The notes beneath the pieces were generated by a model, which searched no databases, was not told the origin of the DNA, and worked only from the letters and a program-made list of their open reading frames with translations. From the NCBI GenBank assembly GCA_900088475.1, contig FLMG01001221.1, positions 49,338 to 113,337 on the forward strand: a stretch of DNA of 64,000 bases. Direction: 5' to 3'. The DNA comes from Hyphochytrium catenoides (Eukaryota > Protista > Hyphochytriomycota). Positions 12,421-25,400 of this stretch are shown here, one piece after another. Every line of letters begins with the position of its first letter. The stretch's first letter is position 1. The translations under genes were made by a program, and so were the position numbers.

Positions 12421-13088
12421 TCTAATCTGTTCCGTTCCTTGGCTCTCCTCTGATGCTGTCTGCAGGTTGTCATCTGCGTAAGACATGAGCTGCTAGAGAA
12501 AGAGAAGAACTATTCTTCCCTTTCACTCATCGTCCAATCCCGTGAAAGCCCAGCGGATGTCTCCTTAGCGTTGCCTGGCTGCCCTCGTCCCGTCATCTGC
12601 AGTCTTCTTTTCCTGCCTCAGAGATAATGAGGATGTCTTCTCCTTAAGTCTCTCTTTAGCAGCGTCACGCTCTCCTGCAGCAGTCTCAGCTGGTTCCTCG
12701 TGATTCCTTTGTCTCCTTTTTCTCTCTCTCTCGCTTTCTCTTTCTCTTGTTCTCTCCCTCACTTTCTCTCTTTATCTGGCTCTCTCTCCTTTGTTTGTCA
12801 CTAAGTTAGCGGCGGCAGTAGTGATAGCTGGCCCCCTTCTCCTCGAGGGCTGAGGGTATCACCTCGATTTGGAGCGGAAGCTGTGACAAGAAACTGTTGG
12901 AGAGGGATTGCTCGTCTCCATCTCTTCCTTTTCCTTTCTCTATCTCCTCCGTTCTGTGTCGTCTTCCGCTCTCCAGTAACGGATGTAAGCTGGCAGAGAC
13001 AACCTCCAAGAGATAAACTTAGGAACAGAAGCTCTGGAGGAGGACTAGAAGGGCAATAGCACACATTGTTACCTTACTGACCAGCATC

Positions 13089-15135
13089 ATGGGCCATCAT
13101 AACCAGCGCCAGGCGGAGGCCGCGGCTGAGTCGGATCCCCTCTTATCGCATCCTCCGTTAAAGAGGAAGCGCTCGTATCCCTTGTTTTCTTCCTTCAAGC
13201 TCCGAGCCCTTCTTCTCCTTTGCCTACTTCCTCTCGGGGGCCATTTTGTCAAAGTAAGTGCGCCACTTCCTCTCTCTTCGCCTTCCTGTTTATCCGTCAT
13301 ACCTGTTGTCTAGCAGTGATTTGCTGGATCTTCAATGCACTCCTAGCTGCACTTCTTCCTTAGACTCCTTCTCCTCTTGAGCCCCAGCTTCGCCGAGTAT
13401 CGCAACCGGGNNNNNNNNNNNNNNNNNNNNNNNNNNNNNNNNNNNNNNNNNNNNNCTCGCTTGTCTGGTTCCTCTTCATTGGCATGCTGGGACAAGCCCT
13501 TTTCTCTGTCTCCATGACCTATGCCATCTTTCCCCTCTCCCTTCTATCCCGCCTCATCTTTGGCATAGGAGAGGGTAGTGCTGTGGTGGGCCAGAGAGCA
13601 CTTCTCGCTCTAATTTTCCAACAAGAAGAGCTAACCTTTGCTATTGGCGTCGCAGTATCGGTCACCAACATTAGCAGAATGCTAGCCAAAGCGACTGTCA
13701 CGCCTGTAGCCGTCCATTTTGGGAGCTATTCGTATGCCCTTTGGTATGGGACCGTGTGGTGCTTTGTCTCTTGGATGGCGGGTCTTGTGCTGCTTAGCTG
13801 GCAGAAGAGTAGAGAGGGGTCAGGCAGGGGCCTTTCATCTCTGTCGAGAGATGGGTCGGACCTCTCTCCTTCCGCCTCTGCTCAGCAGAGGGAGAAGGTG
13901 AGGAAATGGTGGCATAAGAGGAGGCAAACCGTTTCTGAGAGACAGAGCGCACTCCAGAACGGACATGTAGAAGACGTTAAGAGCCTGTCAGCCATGGTAA
14001 GTGGACAAGGCAACGGTAGTAGCAGAGTGAGAGAAGGAGAGAGGGAGCACACCACTATCAACAATATTCTTGTGGCTTTTGTTCGGTCAATTTTTCACCC
14101 TTGTGGCAGCACATGTCTGCGATCCATTACCTCCCAGTCCTAGTTGCGTCGTTGGTGGGCCCTTATCACATCTGTTACACTGACTGGTTGCCTTCTTTTT
14201 CCCTCTCTCTCTCCCTTCTCTCTCTACCCTATACGGATACTGCCATCCCCGTGGCGCCCTATCGCTAGTTCTGGCTGCTCGTGCTGTCGCACGCTCTCTT
14301 TGTGAACGTGTTTCACTTGTTTTATAACAACTCAGCCAACTACTTGATAGAAAAGTACGGCTATGACTCCATCAAGGCAGGAGTCGTCTCTTCTTTCTCA
14401 TCCTTTCTCTGCATCTTTGCCCCGTTGGTGGGATTGCTTGTAGACAAGGTCGGGGGCGGGATGGTCATTATCCTCCTCTCGAACGTGACGGCTGTCCTCA
14501 TCTTCATAGCGCTCTCCTTCTTCTCTGTCTCGCCAGTGTCTCTCATGCTCCTCATGTCGGCTTGCATGACAGTCACTCCTACCATAATGATGGCCTTCCT
14601 TGCGCTCTCGGTAGATGTGAGAAGGGTCGGTGTAGCCTTTGGGATCAGTGAGGTCCTCACTGCGTTCGTCTCTTTCCTGGGGAACATTTTGATTGGCTTC
14701 CTTAGAGATACCACAGGGACCTATGAATCCTCTCTCTTTTTCCTTCTCGTACTCTCTGTTCTCTGTCTTCTCCTGGTCTTGGCAGCTGTCTTCCTAGATC
14801 TTTCGATGTCAAGCAACATTGTGGTTGCCAAGACACCAAGGATCTTGGACAGTCCAATTGTGTTCGGCTTTGATAACCCAGAAATGTACGAGGACGACGA
14901 AGAATTGGAAGAAGAGGTAGAAGAGGGACAACAGGCCCCCAAGAGCAGCACGAGGAGACAGAAGGAAGATCACTGGGATGACAACACCGTCGATGGCCTC
15001 ACTGGTAGAATGACTGCTGGAGAAGAGCTTCTGGCGCAAGATCTTTACGAAGATTGCGGTGGGGAGAGGCAAAGGAAAGGAGCGGGCAGTGAGAGCCTGC
15101 TCCACGTCGTCAAGTGGTCACCTAGAGAGCCATAG
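13089..15135 (+). CDS. MFSD1: Major facilitator superfamily transporter, MFSD1-like (spliced, with an internal assembly gap)
   Basis: Exons approximately 13089-13253, (gap)-13996 and 14269-15135. N-terminal dileucine-type ESDPLL. Motifs SRLIFGIGEGSAVVGQ..F..EELTFAIG and PLVGLLVDKVG. Many TM helices and an acidic C-tail. Confidence 0.75.
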
Positions 15136-15419
15136 AAAACAGAAGGGACTGTTCTCTATAAGACCTTTCCTTGTATCTCCTATCACTAGTCTGCTAGGCA
15201 CCCCACCGTCTAACCTAAGTTAATTCTCTAGAGTCTGCAATATAACGGACTAACAACAAAGTAATTTTTATCATTTACAAGGCGAGACGTGGATCACAAC
15301 GCAGGGCATAGCCCACTACCTAGAACTCGCCCGTAGGACAGACCTTAACAAATACACCGATAAACATAGCAGGCCAAACGAAGAGTTTGGCTTCAGTCGA
15401 AAAAGAATGAACACGACCG

Positions 15420-18400
15420 CTAAAGCTCCTTCAGTAATAAACCTCCGGGCCCTTTCAAAGCAAGCCACCCTTGCTCTTTCTCGCCTGGCCTTTCCCTCAT
15501 TTTCAACCAGTTTCCCTTTCTTCCCACAGTTTCTATAATATCGCCGTATTCTCTTTCTCCTTTCTTCTTGCTGCTCAAGCAGGGCGAGCGCCGAATGTTG
15601 ACACCTCCTGGCCAGATTACCTGGTATCGCTTCATGTGAGGGACCAGCGGAAGCGATCGGCAGTCTACATGGATCCGGTGAAACATACGGAGGAAGTGTG
15701 GGTTCAGGACCAGATAGTTCACCTTCCTATCATGTTCCGCGTACCTTCTTGGATGCCGTTTGGCTTGGAGGCCTCTTGGGCCTGCTTCTGATTGAGCTCT
15801 AACCAGCGCTGGAACAACTCCTTGGCGTTTTTGGGGGCGGCCATAAGGATCGAGCGTACCTCCGCCGCTGTTTGCTGAAGGATGACTGGAAAGTCCATCA
15901 TGGTAGCGTCTTTTTGAAAAAGAGGGTCAGTGAATGTGGGCGAAACGAGCGGAGACGAAGAAGCAAGATAGCCAATGTAAAGAGCAGGAGAAACAACGTG
16001 CGAAGTAACACCGAGCCAGATGATATTAGCACAGACGCAAGGGCCCTCACTTGCTCGTGTCCAGTTTCTATCCAGCAGCATCATGGCAACGCAAAAGAGT
16101 ATCTCGAAGGCATGTGGATCGTCGAAAAGTCTGGTCATGGAAAGGGTAACCATGTAAGTCAAGTCTGTCTGAGAGTGACGAAGACACGAGCGACCACGAC
16201 AAAATTGGCAGTGAGACACTTTAGACGAACCACTGACTGCCACAGAAGAGATAGAACTAAGGGATGGGTCGGTGGGATCACCTCCACGCGGGATGGACCG
16301 ACATTTTGTCCCCATGTCCTACTCTAACAGTTGAGATGAACTCAGGAGGCTGAATGATGGCAATAGTAGCAGGAAGCCCTTCCGCAACTCTGCCTTCCTC
16401 TGGTTCCTCTGGCGTCCTGTCGCTTTGCACTATCTGTAATTGCTCATGCTCCGCCAGTCGCTGTCCAATGCTTACATGATCGCACCACCTGTGCCATCGG
16501 TCTGGCCAGAGCTCCACCTGAGGGTGGACCCCATTAGATAGACGGGAAGCGTTTGTTCATTAGTATTGAAGGCTGACATAGCGAGAGAGAGACGGGAGGC
16601 AATGGATCTTACACATTAGCGGTTGGACTTATAAAGAGCGGAAGAAAGCAGAAACCTCAACTGCTTGTTAGTTATATGTCATGGCCGGCATAGAAAAGAG
16701 GATGCAGGTTAAGGCAGGCTCCCCGATACAAAGAACGTGGAACTTACTTCTCTTTCGTTCTTCTCGTCTTCCTTGAGGTTCAAAAGGTCCAGAAGGAGGT
16801 TCACTAAGTGACCAGCGGCTTGAGGAAAAGGAAAATCTTCTTTGGTCCTCCCAGCCCTTTTTCTAACGATCTGGCGGGAGAGTTGTGGATGTTGATCCAG
16901 GAAATAGAGGATGCAGTCTATCGTCAATATCCCAAATGGCTGGAGGTCTTTCATTGGGTCATTCTACAGGGAGCCGTAACGAGGTGGAAAGAGAAAGCGG
17001 TGAGCGTCCGATCAGGTGGAGAGTTACGCCTGATGACTAAGGACAAAAGCTCTGCTACTTAGAGCACGAAGTCATCATCTGGTCGGAAAAGAAGCACAAT
17101 GGGGGTGGGGCGTGGAAGAGACTCGAAGGAGGTTGCTGGAAGAGGGTGGATGGCAATTAGGGTCAAGGGCCATCGCAGGGGAAACTTGTCTCTCAACTTA
17201 GAGTAGGCAAAAGCTATCAAGCAAGGAGAGATGAGAATACGTAGAGAAGAATGGCATCGAGGAGTAAGTAGGAGCGCCCTCCTGTCAACGCCAGGCCAAG
17301 AAGAAAGCGTTGGAAGCGAAAGTGCGTGAAAGTCAAAGAACATGAGGTAGCCGTCAGAGATGAATATATCAGGTGATCACCTTATGAAATCCGTTCTCTT
17401 CCCAAATTCGAGACTTAAGAATGATCTCAAGTGTAGGGAGGCTCGTCGCATCCTTTGGAGCCACCGGAGCACTTCGTCCTTGGCCCCATCTTTCCTTTCT
17501 TTGCAGTAGCCCAGCTCTAGGGCTGGCCACGGGGCTCACAGAGGGGGAGCGTGACTGAGGAAGTGACGAAGACAAGAGAGTCCTAGCTCTCCTGAAAGAA
17601 GATGGAGAAGAAAGAGGATTTGTTTCCATTGGAAGGAGCTCTCCCCAAAGCCTCCGGAGCTTATTCGCATGTCTCATATTGCTCTGCAACCAGAGACATC
17701 ACCAACCTTGTTAGAACAGGACGACAACTAACATGCGAAGCAGACAGCAGGGAAGGGAAATACCTTACAGGAGAAGGAAGATCATAGAAAGTGGAGCTTA
17801 CGAGGTTAAGGGAAGAAAGGAAGAGAGAGCGAACTTACGAGATCAAACTGACTGCTGCTTCTGCGGACGAGGTCTGAGAGACCTGAGAGTTTTCTAGCCA
17901 GGTGCTGCAAGACAACGGGATCGTGTAGGACACAAAAAGTTCAGCAAAAGACGGGAGAGACTATGTCAGCCCATTCGCCTAGTACCTTCTTCTCCCGCCT
18001 CGTACAGAGTTAGACATACGTAAGGTATCACGCAGTCGTGGCCATTGAGGTGCAGGATGGCAGAACATAGTGTAGGGAGATTATATCTAAGAACCGTGAA
18101 CACTAAGAGACTAGAATCTAACGCGATTTTGAGGAAAGAAACGAGAAGCTACAACGACCATGCCCACCTCTCTCTCCCTTCTGAGACTCTCTCTGACTTC
18201 CATAAATATATCCTGTTCATGGTCCAGCAGGCTCTCTAGGACTGCGCAAGCTCTGGGATCCTCGCACGCTCTCCTTAGCCCTTTCTCGTCGGAAGAGGGA
18301 ACGGACGGGGAGGCAAATATTACTCGAGAGAGAGCCCGGGCAAGTACGGACAGAGAGAGGCCGTTGCTTTCATGATGTTGTAAAGCCCTAGAAAGACTGG

Positions 18401-21214
18401 TGACCAGGCGCTCCAGACAAGGCTGAGAGGCTGCTGGGAGGGAGTTGACCAATAACCGGAGATTCCTGATCCGCTCTTCTATCACCTCCAACTCGTTCGC
18501 CCTTAAGAAAGATTGAATCACGGAAGAAATGGATAAGCAAGGTTTAGGCATGATAGGAACGGAGGGCAGACCCATATCGGAAACTTACCCAATAAAGGCC
18601 TGATACATATAGCTTGGGATTAGTGGCTCAGGAAGCTCCATGAGAAACTGAGACCAGGATAGAGTAAAAAAGATTCTTCAGTGTACTCAGAGTGTGTGGA
18701 GCAAGACTCGGATGCACATAGAGGGCCAGGCAGGCCAGGATAGCTATAGGCTTATGGTATTTGAGGGGATCGGTATGACTTGCAGTCGAGAAGCCGCACC
18801 TGCATCATCATAGTCGTGGCGTGATGAACATGACTCCATACGCTGAGCTTGCCTGTCTGCAGAATGTCTAACCAAGGAAGAGAGGAAATAGGGCAAAGGC
18901 TTAGAAGTGCGCAGGCCCCTTCATGTCGTAAGTGTCAGGGGAAACAAGGTGTAATAGCAAAAGCTCTAGGGTCCAGAATACTATGCTTCGGAGAGAGACA
19001 GTCGATCAACGCTATAGCAGGATGGACCTAGGCGGAAGAGGATATGAGAGTCTTATGATAGATTGAAGTCATCAGTGCTAAAGACCGAGAGCGGTGCGAC
19101 GAAGGAGTCATTTTTCCTCTTCGTTGCTTTCCTACCGGCCATCAACCGCTGCCAAGTAGTGGACGCCAAATCTGTTTGGAAGATACCTTCTGTCTCCACT
19201 CCCGCATCCAACACACGGCAGCACCCTTCCAAGAAGTTCGGAACGGAAAGCGCGGGAGAGAGGAGAGCAAGATCGGAGGATACAGGGGACGAGACCAGCT
19301 GGGACAAAGGGACACGGAAGAGAAGAGGCGCAGAAAGGGATCGGCTGTTCTTCTTGTCGTGCAAAGGATGTGGCAACAAGTGAGAGGGAAGGGTAAAGAG
19401 AAGCCGCGTAATCATGGCCTTCGCCTCTTCACTCAAAAGCTGGTAAACCGATCTTGACACCGTGCGTTTCTTTCCCATTCCTTGGATTTTGTCTTCATCA
19501 ATCGCTCTCTCAGTTGCCCTCTCTCTTTTGTCTTGACTGACAGTTTGATGCTTCTCAGCAGCTTCAGGTCCAGCAGATGTGCCCCCACCTTGAGAATCCG
19601 CACAGTGCGATGGACCCGAGGAAGCCCGGCTCTCTCTATATCTTCTCCTCCGAGACTAGCATGAGAAAGAAGGGCCGACAAGGGACGATGAAAGAGAGGG
19701 CGAGGAGGATCCTCACGCTGATTAGTGGTTTAAAAAAGGGTGGATTCAAGGTCTTTCAAGAGAAGTTGTAGAAGGCTCGAGCTCTTTTACCTTCACTTCA
19801 AGCGCCAAACCAAAGGGCAACTGATCCAGAAGCAGTGTCAGGGAGCAGAGGAGTTCGAACTGATTGTCGTCTCTCACTAGGGCATCAGAAGGATAAATGG
19901 ATGCCAAAAGCGCGCTCTCATCCTTTCTCCTGGCCGATTCGGCAATAGGAACAGGATCAGCAACAGATTTGGAAGCTTTGTGACAGCTTCGCGGGAGGCA
20001 TCCAGTAACAAATACCGAGAGAGGAGATGACGTTCAGAATAGGATAGAGACACCGACCTAGATAAACAAGGGCATAGGAAAGAAGTGAAGAACCGTTGGT
20101 AATCGTAACCCAGGTTGCGTTCCTACCTCCAACTACGAAGTACTTTACTAAGTATGTGCGTGTTGAGACACTGACGCAGCCACGCATGGACTTTTGCTCG
20201 GACTGTCTGGACACCAACAAGGGACTCTGCCACACAGAGCGAGGAGTGCAGACCCTTGACGGCAGGACCCTCTGCCTTTTTCTTTCCGTCTCCCTCTTTC
20301 TCCTTTTGCAGTCGTTCCGCCTCTATCTTGGCTAGTTTGAGCTCGGAGGGAAAGAGGGAGGAGGAAGAAAGCTCCAGCAGTTCCTCGTTGAACTCCATCT
20401 CGTACCACGAGAGTGCTTTCGCTTTGGCCAAAAGAATCTCCTGCTGTATCTCCCACTCCCTCTGTCTTTCGAGCTGACCTTTATCAATTGCCTGCAGAAA
20501 TGACCAAAAGCTTGCTGCAGCTTTCTCTGTCTGGCCATTAGTTTCCTTCAGCGGTCTCCTTTCTCTTCTTGATGCCAATCCATGCAACAGACACTGTTCT
20601 AAAACTCTGCATAGCTCTTTCACGGTCTTGTCTTCATCGTCTAAGGTGGGCAGAGTCTCCGTAGAGATGACGGCGTTAGCATTGACCCGTTCTGTTGTCT
20701 CTCTAAGAAGCCTTTTAACGAGAAGAGAGAGGAGGGCTAGCTCACTCTCTGCACCTTCTTCTGTTAGCTGTCGTTCCTCTTCCTTTTCTCTGGTCAAGCT
20801 GCTGCTATCTGCAGGAGAGGAAAAGATAGCAGAGCATGTGGTATCGAACGAATCGGTTCTTTCCTTGATTTTCTCCAGTGATAGAGGATCATGGCGAGAG
20901 GCAGGGTAAGGAGAGGGAGAAGGTTTAAGCTCCTCGCTTGGCTCTATTCTCTCCTCCTCTTCAGGGCTGTCAGAGCTAAGGGGAGAACCTTTTGCTGTCT
21001 GTCTGTTGCTCTCGGAGAGAGGGACTGGCGGGGATGACGAAATATTTCCCTCCGGATGGCTTCCCTTCTTGGCCTTGGCAAGAGTGGTGAGGGATGAGGA
21101 TGAGAAAGCGCTTTCTCCAATCTCTGCCTCGACAGGGAGGGCATGGCGCTCCTCCTGATTAGAAGGACCCGCAGGATCCACTGATAGCTGTCTGTCTCGC
21201 TGTATTCCCACCAT
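15420..21214 (-). CDS. Multi-exon RUN - RhoGAP(Q) - ELMO(Q) - SH3b-like scaffold protein
   Basis: RUN: LCRVLEQCLLHGL, FWSFL, AKVHAWLRQCLNTHIL. RhoGAP: LFRVPL..VPNFLEGC..ETEGIFQ, LRLLVNSLP, HESNGLSLSVLA. ELMO: WEENGFHK|NDPMKDLQPFG, FPFPQA, FEILFCVAMMLLDRNW, ATMMDFPVIL. Last exon after intron 15665-15744: GGVNIRRSP..GDIIETVGRKGNWLKM..GWL. Not every internal exon boundary was resolved. Confidence 0.8.
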
Positions 21215-21749
21215 AGCGCTGGGCCAATAGAGCACAGAAACGGACAGAAACAAAAGAAACTGAAGGTTACTTGCACGGGACGGCGTGTCTAACAGAGAAG
21301 GGAAGCGGAAGGTGTTGTCAACGAGCGCACAAACGGGAGATTTGACCTCCGGCACATGGAGACAAGGAGTTCCTTAGACAGGACAGAGAGAAAGAGAGAG
21401 AGAGGACAGAGAGAGAGAGAGACCCACAGACAGACTACACGGTTGACCTAAGGACACAAATAAGCGCTGAGCGCTTGTGACGCTAAAAGGGGAGAGAAGT
21501 GTTCCTTTACTGCTCGAGGAGTGCTCGGGCTTCCCCCTTGGTTCTTGTCTCTAGGCGACTTCCACTCAGAAGAGTGCTTCTCAGTCGCGCTAAAGCGTCA
21601 TGCAGCGTGGCCTTAGATGATGCTTGGCATGGGAGGAAGCTTCACCTTCTGACTGGGGGACAGGCTGATCATGAAGATAAGAGCTGGGCAAGGAAGGGCA
21701 TGAGAGATAGCGAGAGTGATTGAGAAAATGAGTGCAAGGAAGAGAAAGC

Positions 21750-21763
21750 GTGAGAGAGAGAAA

Positions 21764-21821
<58 letters not shown>

Positions 21822-21845
21822 AGAGAGAGAGAGAGAGAGAGGACA
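21750..21845. repeat. (AG)n microsatellite
   Basis: Direct AG run. Confidence 0.95.
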
Positions 21846-22457
21846 GACTGGAGATGATGATGGAGGAGGGAGAGGAAAGAAGAAGAGTGATGACTCAGAA
21901 CATCCTTTCGAGGGAACATATCCGCTAACGTCCTCTCCTCCTGTCCCTAAGACAAATAAACCCCAGCATTCAAAGGGACACTTTCTTACAAGTACGTCCT
22001 CCTCCCTTTACCCCCGCATCCCACTCAACCCCCAGGTGAACTGACACTAGACAAGGCAGGTAGTTATCTTACTGCAATAGCTCTTGATTACTGCTTCTAC
22101 CTAGCGGGTAACGGCTAGAGAAGCGAGGAATGATTGTTTCCCTTTCCTCCCTCCTCCTCCTCCCTCACACATATAATTTCTATGGATCTTCCACTGTGGG
22201 GGATGAAGGCAAGCTTGTTGGTGCTTCTGATCCCGGTGAAGACAGAGCGGAGTGCTGATGATGGCGCAACGGACTGAGAGGAGTAGCTGGCTCTACTTCA
22301 CCCTTGCTGGCCTCTCCCTGTGCGTCAACCTCGCTTGTCCTCAGGAGTAGGCGCAGCTGGCTTCCTACTACTCTTAATTTGCTCTACTCTAAGCAGCGGG
22401 TGCCATAAACTAGTTGACCCAATCGTACTAACAGGGGCATCAGGAAGAGACAACGAA

Positions 22458-25400
22458 ATGGCAGAGAAACGAGGAGAAAGAGTGTCAATGAAGACAAGGA
22501 ATGGGAGGATGGAAGGGCAATCGCTTTCGCATTATATGAGTCCGGAGGAGCTAAGGGAACAAGCTCTGTCCTCCGAGAAGGAGCGTCGGGAAAGAGAGTG
22601 GGAGCGTGTCTTCTCTGGCCCCGATTGTAGCCAAGCAAAGCAGCTAAAGATTCAGTTTCTTCCGTTCCTCCCTCGTGACAATTATAGCGACCGCAGCGTT
22701 CTTCCTCCTTCCACTGCAACGGATTCTGTCGGAAGCAGCAATTCCACTGGTAGCCTCACGCTTCTGACCTTACTGTTCGTTTACTCTCCTGCTTCATCTT
22801 GGAGCTCATTCATATCTCCTTCTTATGACTTTTTCCTGTCCACCTTGCTTCTCCCTGGACCTCTCTTGGACCATGATAGATGCGGCACTCATATAGCAGA
22901 TTGATCTCTTCACTGACTTTCGTCTCATCCCTGGCAGCGTTGGCAGTAATGAACAATGACCTGAGGTCGCTCTTGAAGGCGCCTTTTAGCATATTTCTCA
23001 GTACTGTGCTGTACAACGAATCATTGCTAAAGTACTTGGATACCTTCCTAAGGTTTGTGACTCCATAATGAGGAAAGAGTATCTCCAAAAATGTAGATGA
23101 GCAACCGAGAAGAACAGAAAGAGGAAAGAGAGAGCCGGTGATGGACCTAGCCAAAGTATAGGACAGGAGAGGAGTAAGATGATGCCTAGCAGGCTTACAA
23201 CGCCTGTTTTAGGACCCTTGAGTCCATACTGGAGCGCACAGGAGCAGCTCCACGTTATTTATTATCTCTTACTATAGGTACCGGTCGCGTTGGTATGATT
23301 CAAATGACGTCCAAGACGAAGGGAGAGAAGAGGCGCGCCATGAGCAGAGTTCAGAGCTCAAAGATCTTTCTCGTCGGACTCTTCTAGTGCTTGTCAGGTA
23401 AAAGTTGCTCTTAACGACGAGGAATGTCTTGTGTGTGACTCGGGGGAAATGGACAAGAAAGGGAATCGGCAACTCAAGGGAACGTAGTGGGCTCCGCCTA
23501 GCAGTGACGGAACAGAAAGATGTATCAAATCTGGAGAAGCTCGTATGCCACTCCTTCATTACTCGTTTCTGGCCTGGTTTTGTCCCAATGTTAAGGATCA
23601 ATCGTTGCTCTTTCTTTCTCTCATGGCCGAAAGGTTATGCTCGGACGAGTCCGATGGGTTTATTATCTCCTATAGTTCCATAGGTAAGCATCAAACTGGA
23701 TCTCTTTTAGCCCTCTCTCCCCTTGCAATTGTTCTCTTCGGCAGGTCCCTCTCCTTTAGCTTTATGCCTGTCGTCAGATCTTTGGTATGGCAAACTTCCG
23801 GTTGCCTTTACTGACATTTTACCTTAAACCGACAGACAGAGATGAAGAGACCCTTTCCAGAATCTACATCCAGACGTTGCGCTCAAAGGTAACGGCTCAG
23901 CTTGAGCTTACGGTCTACAACCTATTTTTGATTACTGCTGCCGTGGCTTTGCCTTAATCCTCATTCCCTGCTCTCATTTCTTATCTGTAGTCTTGACGTT
24001 TCGTCTATCTTTCCCTGGTGTATGATGGCCCGCCATAGAGTTTGACGGAACGGGTCTTCCTGTCATCTTCTGGAAATAGTCGCTTAAATAGTCACTTACT
24101 TACAATCCTCTCCCTCCTCTGAACAGGGCCTATTCACACTGCCGAGTCTCCTAGATATTGCTGCCCTTTGGGGTCGGGACAATCAAAAACTAGCAGCTCT
24201 GGTGGCGGAGAAAGTTGCAGAAAGAGGAATACTGAAAGAGATAGAAGAAGAAGAGAGGCAAATGTTCCTGACCCTCACCAAGGTAAGTGAGTCCAAGGTC
24301 ACGGTGCGTCTGGCGTGAGTCTTATTGAAAAAGGCGAGAAGGGATGTAGATAGACGGAAGGCGGAACAAACCGGAGACAATCCGCTTCGATCGAAGGGTC
24401 ATAAGTTTCCTTCTGGACAAGAGGGTAGTTAGAGTAGGATGAATGGCCTGAATCTGCTCGTGAACTTACGAAGCCGTCCGAGCGCAGATACTAGAAGACA
24501 CTAGGGAACGACTTCTAGTAAGTCGTGGGGGGGAGGATGAGACAGACCTAGTCAGTTATGTGCGAGACATCAGCTTGACAGTAAGTCATCAAATAGGGCT
24601 TTCCTTTCTACTTCAAATCGGACCTGCTTTGTGTTCTGCTTAGGCTTTAAAGCATTGGTCCTCTTCTTCCTCTCTCCGATGAAGACCTTCTGCTACCGAT
24701 TCTTTTTGTGTAGATCACTTGAGACTCTCCTTCTCGCCTTTCAGGAGGGTTTACATCACATCATTTGCGTTAGGTGGTGTCTTTCTCTTATTTTTTTCTT
24801 TCTTTAAGCACTCGTAGTAATCCGTATTCCACCCAATATACTACAGGTATCATCCTATATTGCATGCCGACCGTACGCGGCTGCTCAAGTTATCCCTCCA
24901 GATGCTACGACAATGGGCGGCCCCGGCTCGTTACTGGGTGAAGTTTCTTTTATCTACGAAGAGGCCCTGGCCAGTAAAGAGGTCAGAACATCAAGAGAGA
25001 AAGAAGCTTGATTAGGTCAAGAGTTAGTAGCTAGAAGTGTTGGGCTTAATACTACGCATTGACTGTTTCACCGTGGACTTTCTCGAAACATCTGAATGGG
25101 CGAAGAACAAATATTCCTAAGAAGAGCTCCGACTGACTCCCGTTGTACTGTTTTCCTTCCCCTTCTGGCATTCGCCTCCTGATGTGCACAACTCTGGTGT
25201 CCCTACCTGTCCGGTAGAGCCGCGAGGTTGCAGGAGCCAAGTTAGGCCTCCTGGAGGTAAGACTACTTTAGCACAGAAAACGTTGGTAGCTCTTGGTCCT
25301 GCTCCCTCAGCCTAACCCTCTTCCTCCTTGCTCTCTGCGTGATACTTTTGCTCGGTTGACAGCTCTCCTGCGCACTACTGCTCAATGGGCTTGTCCGGCA

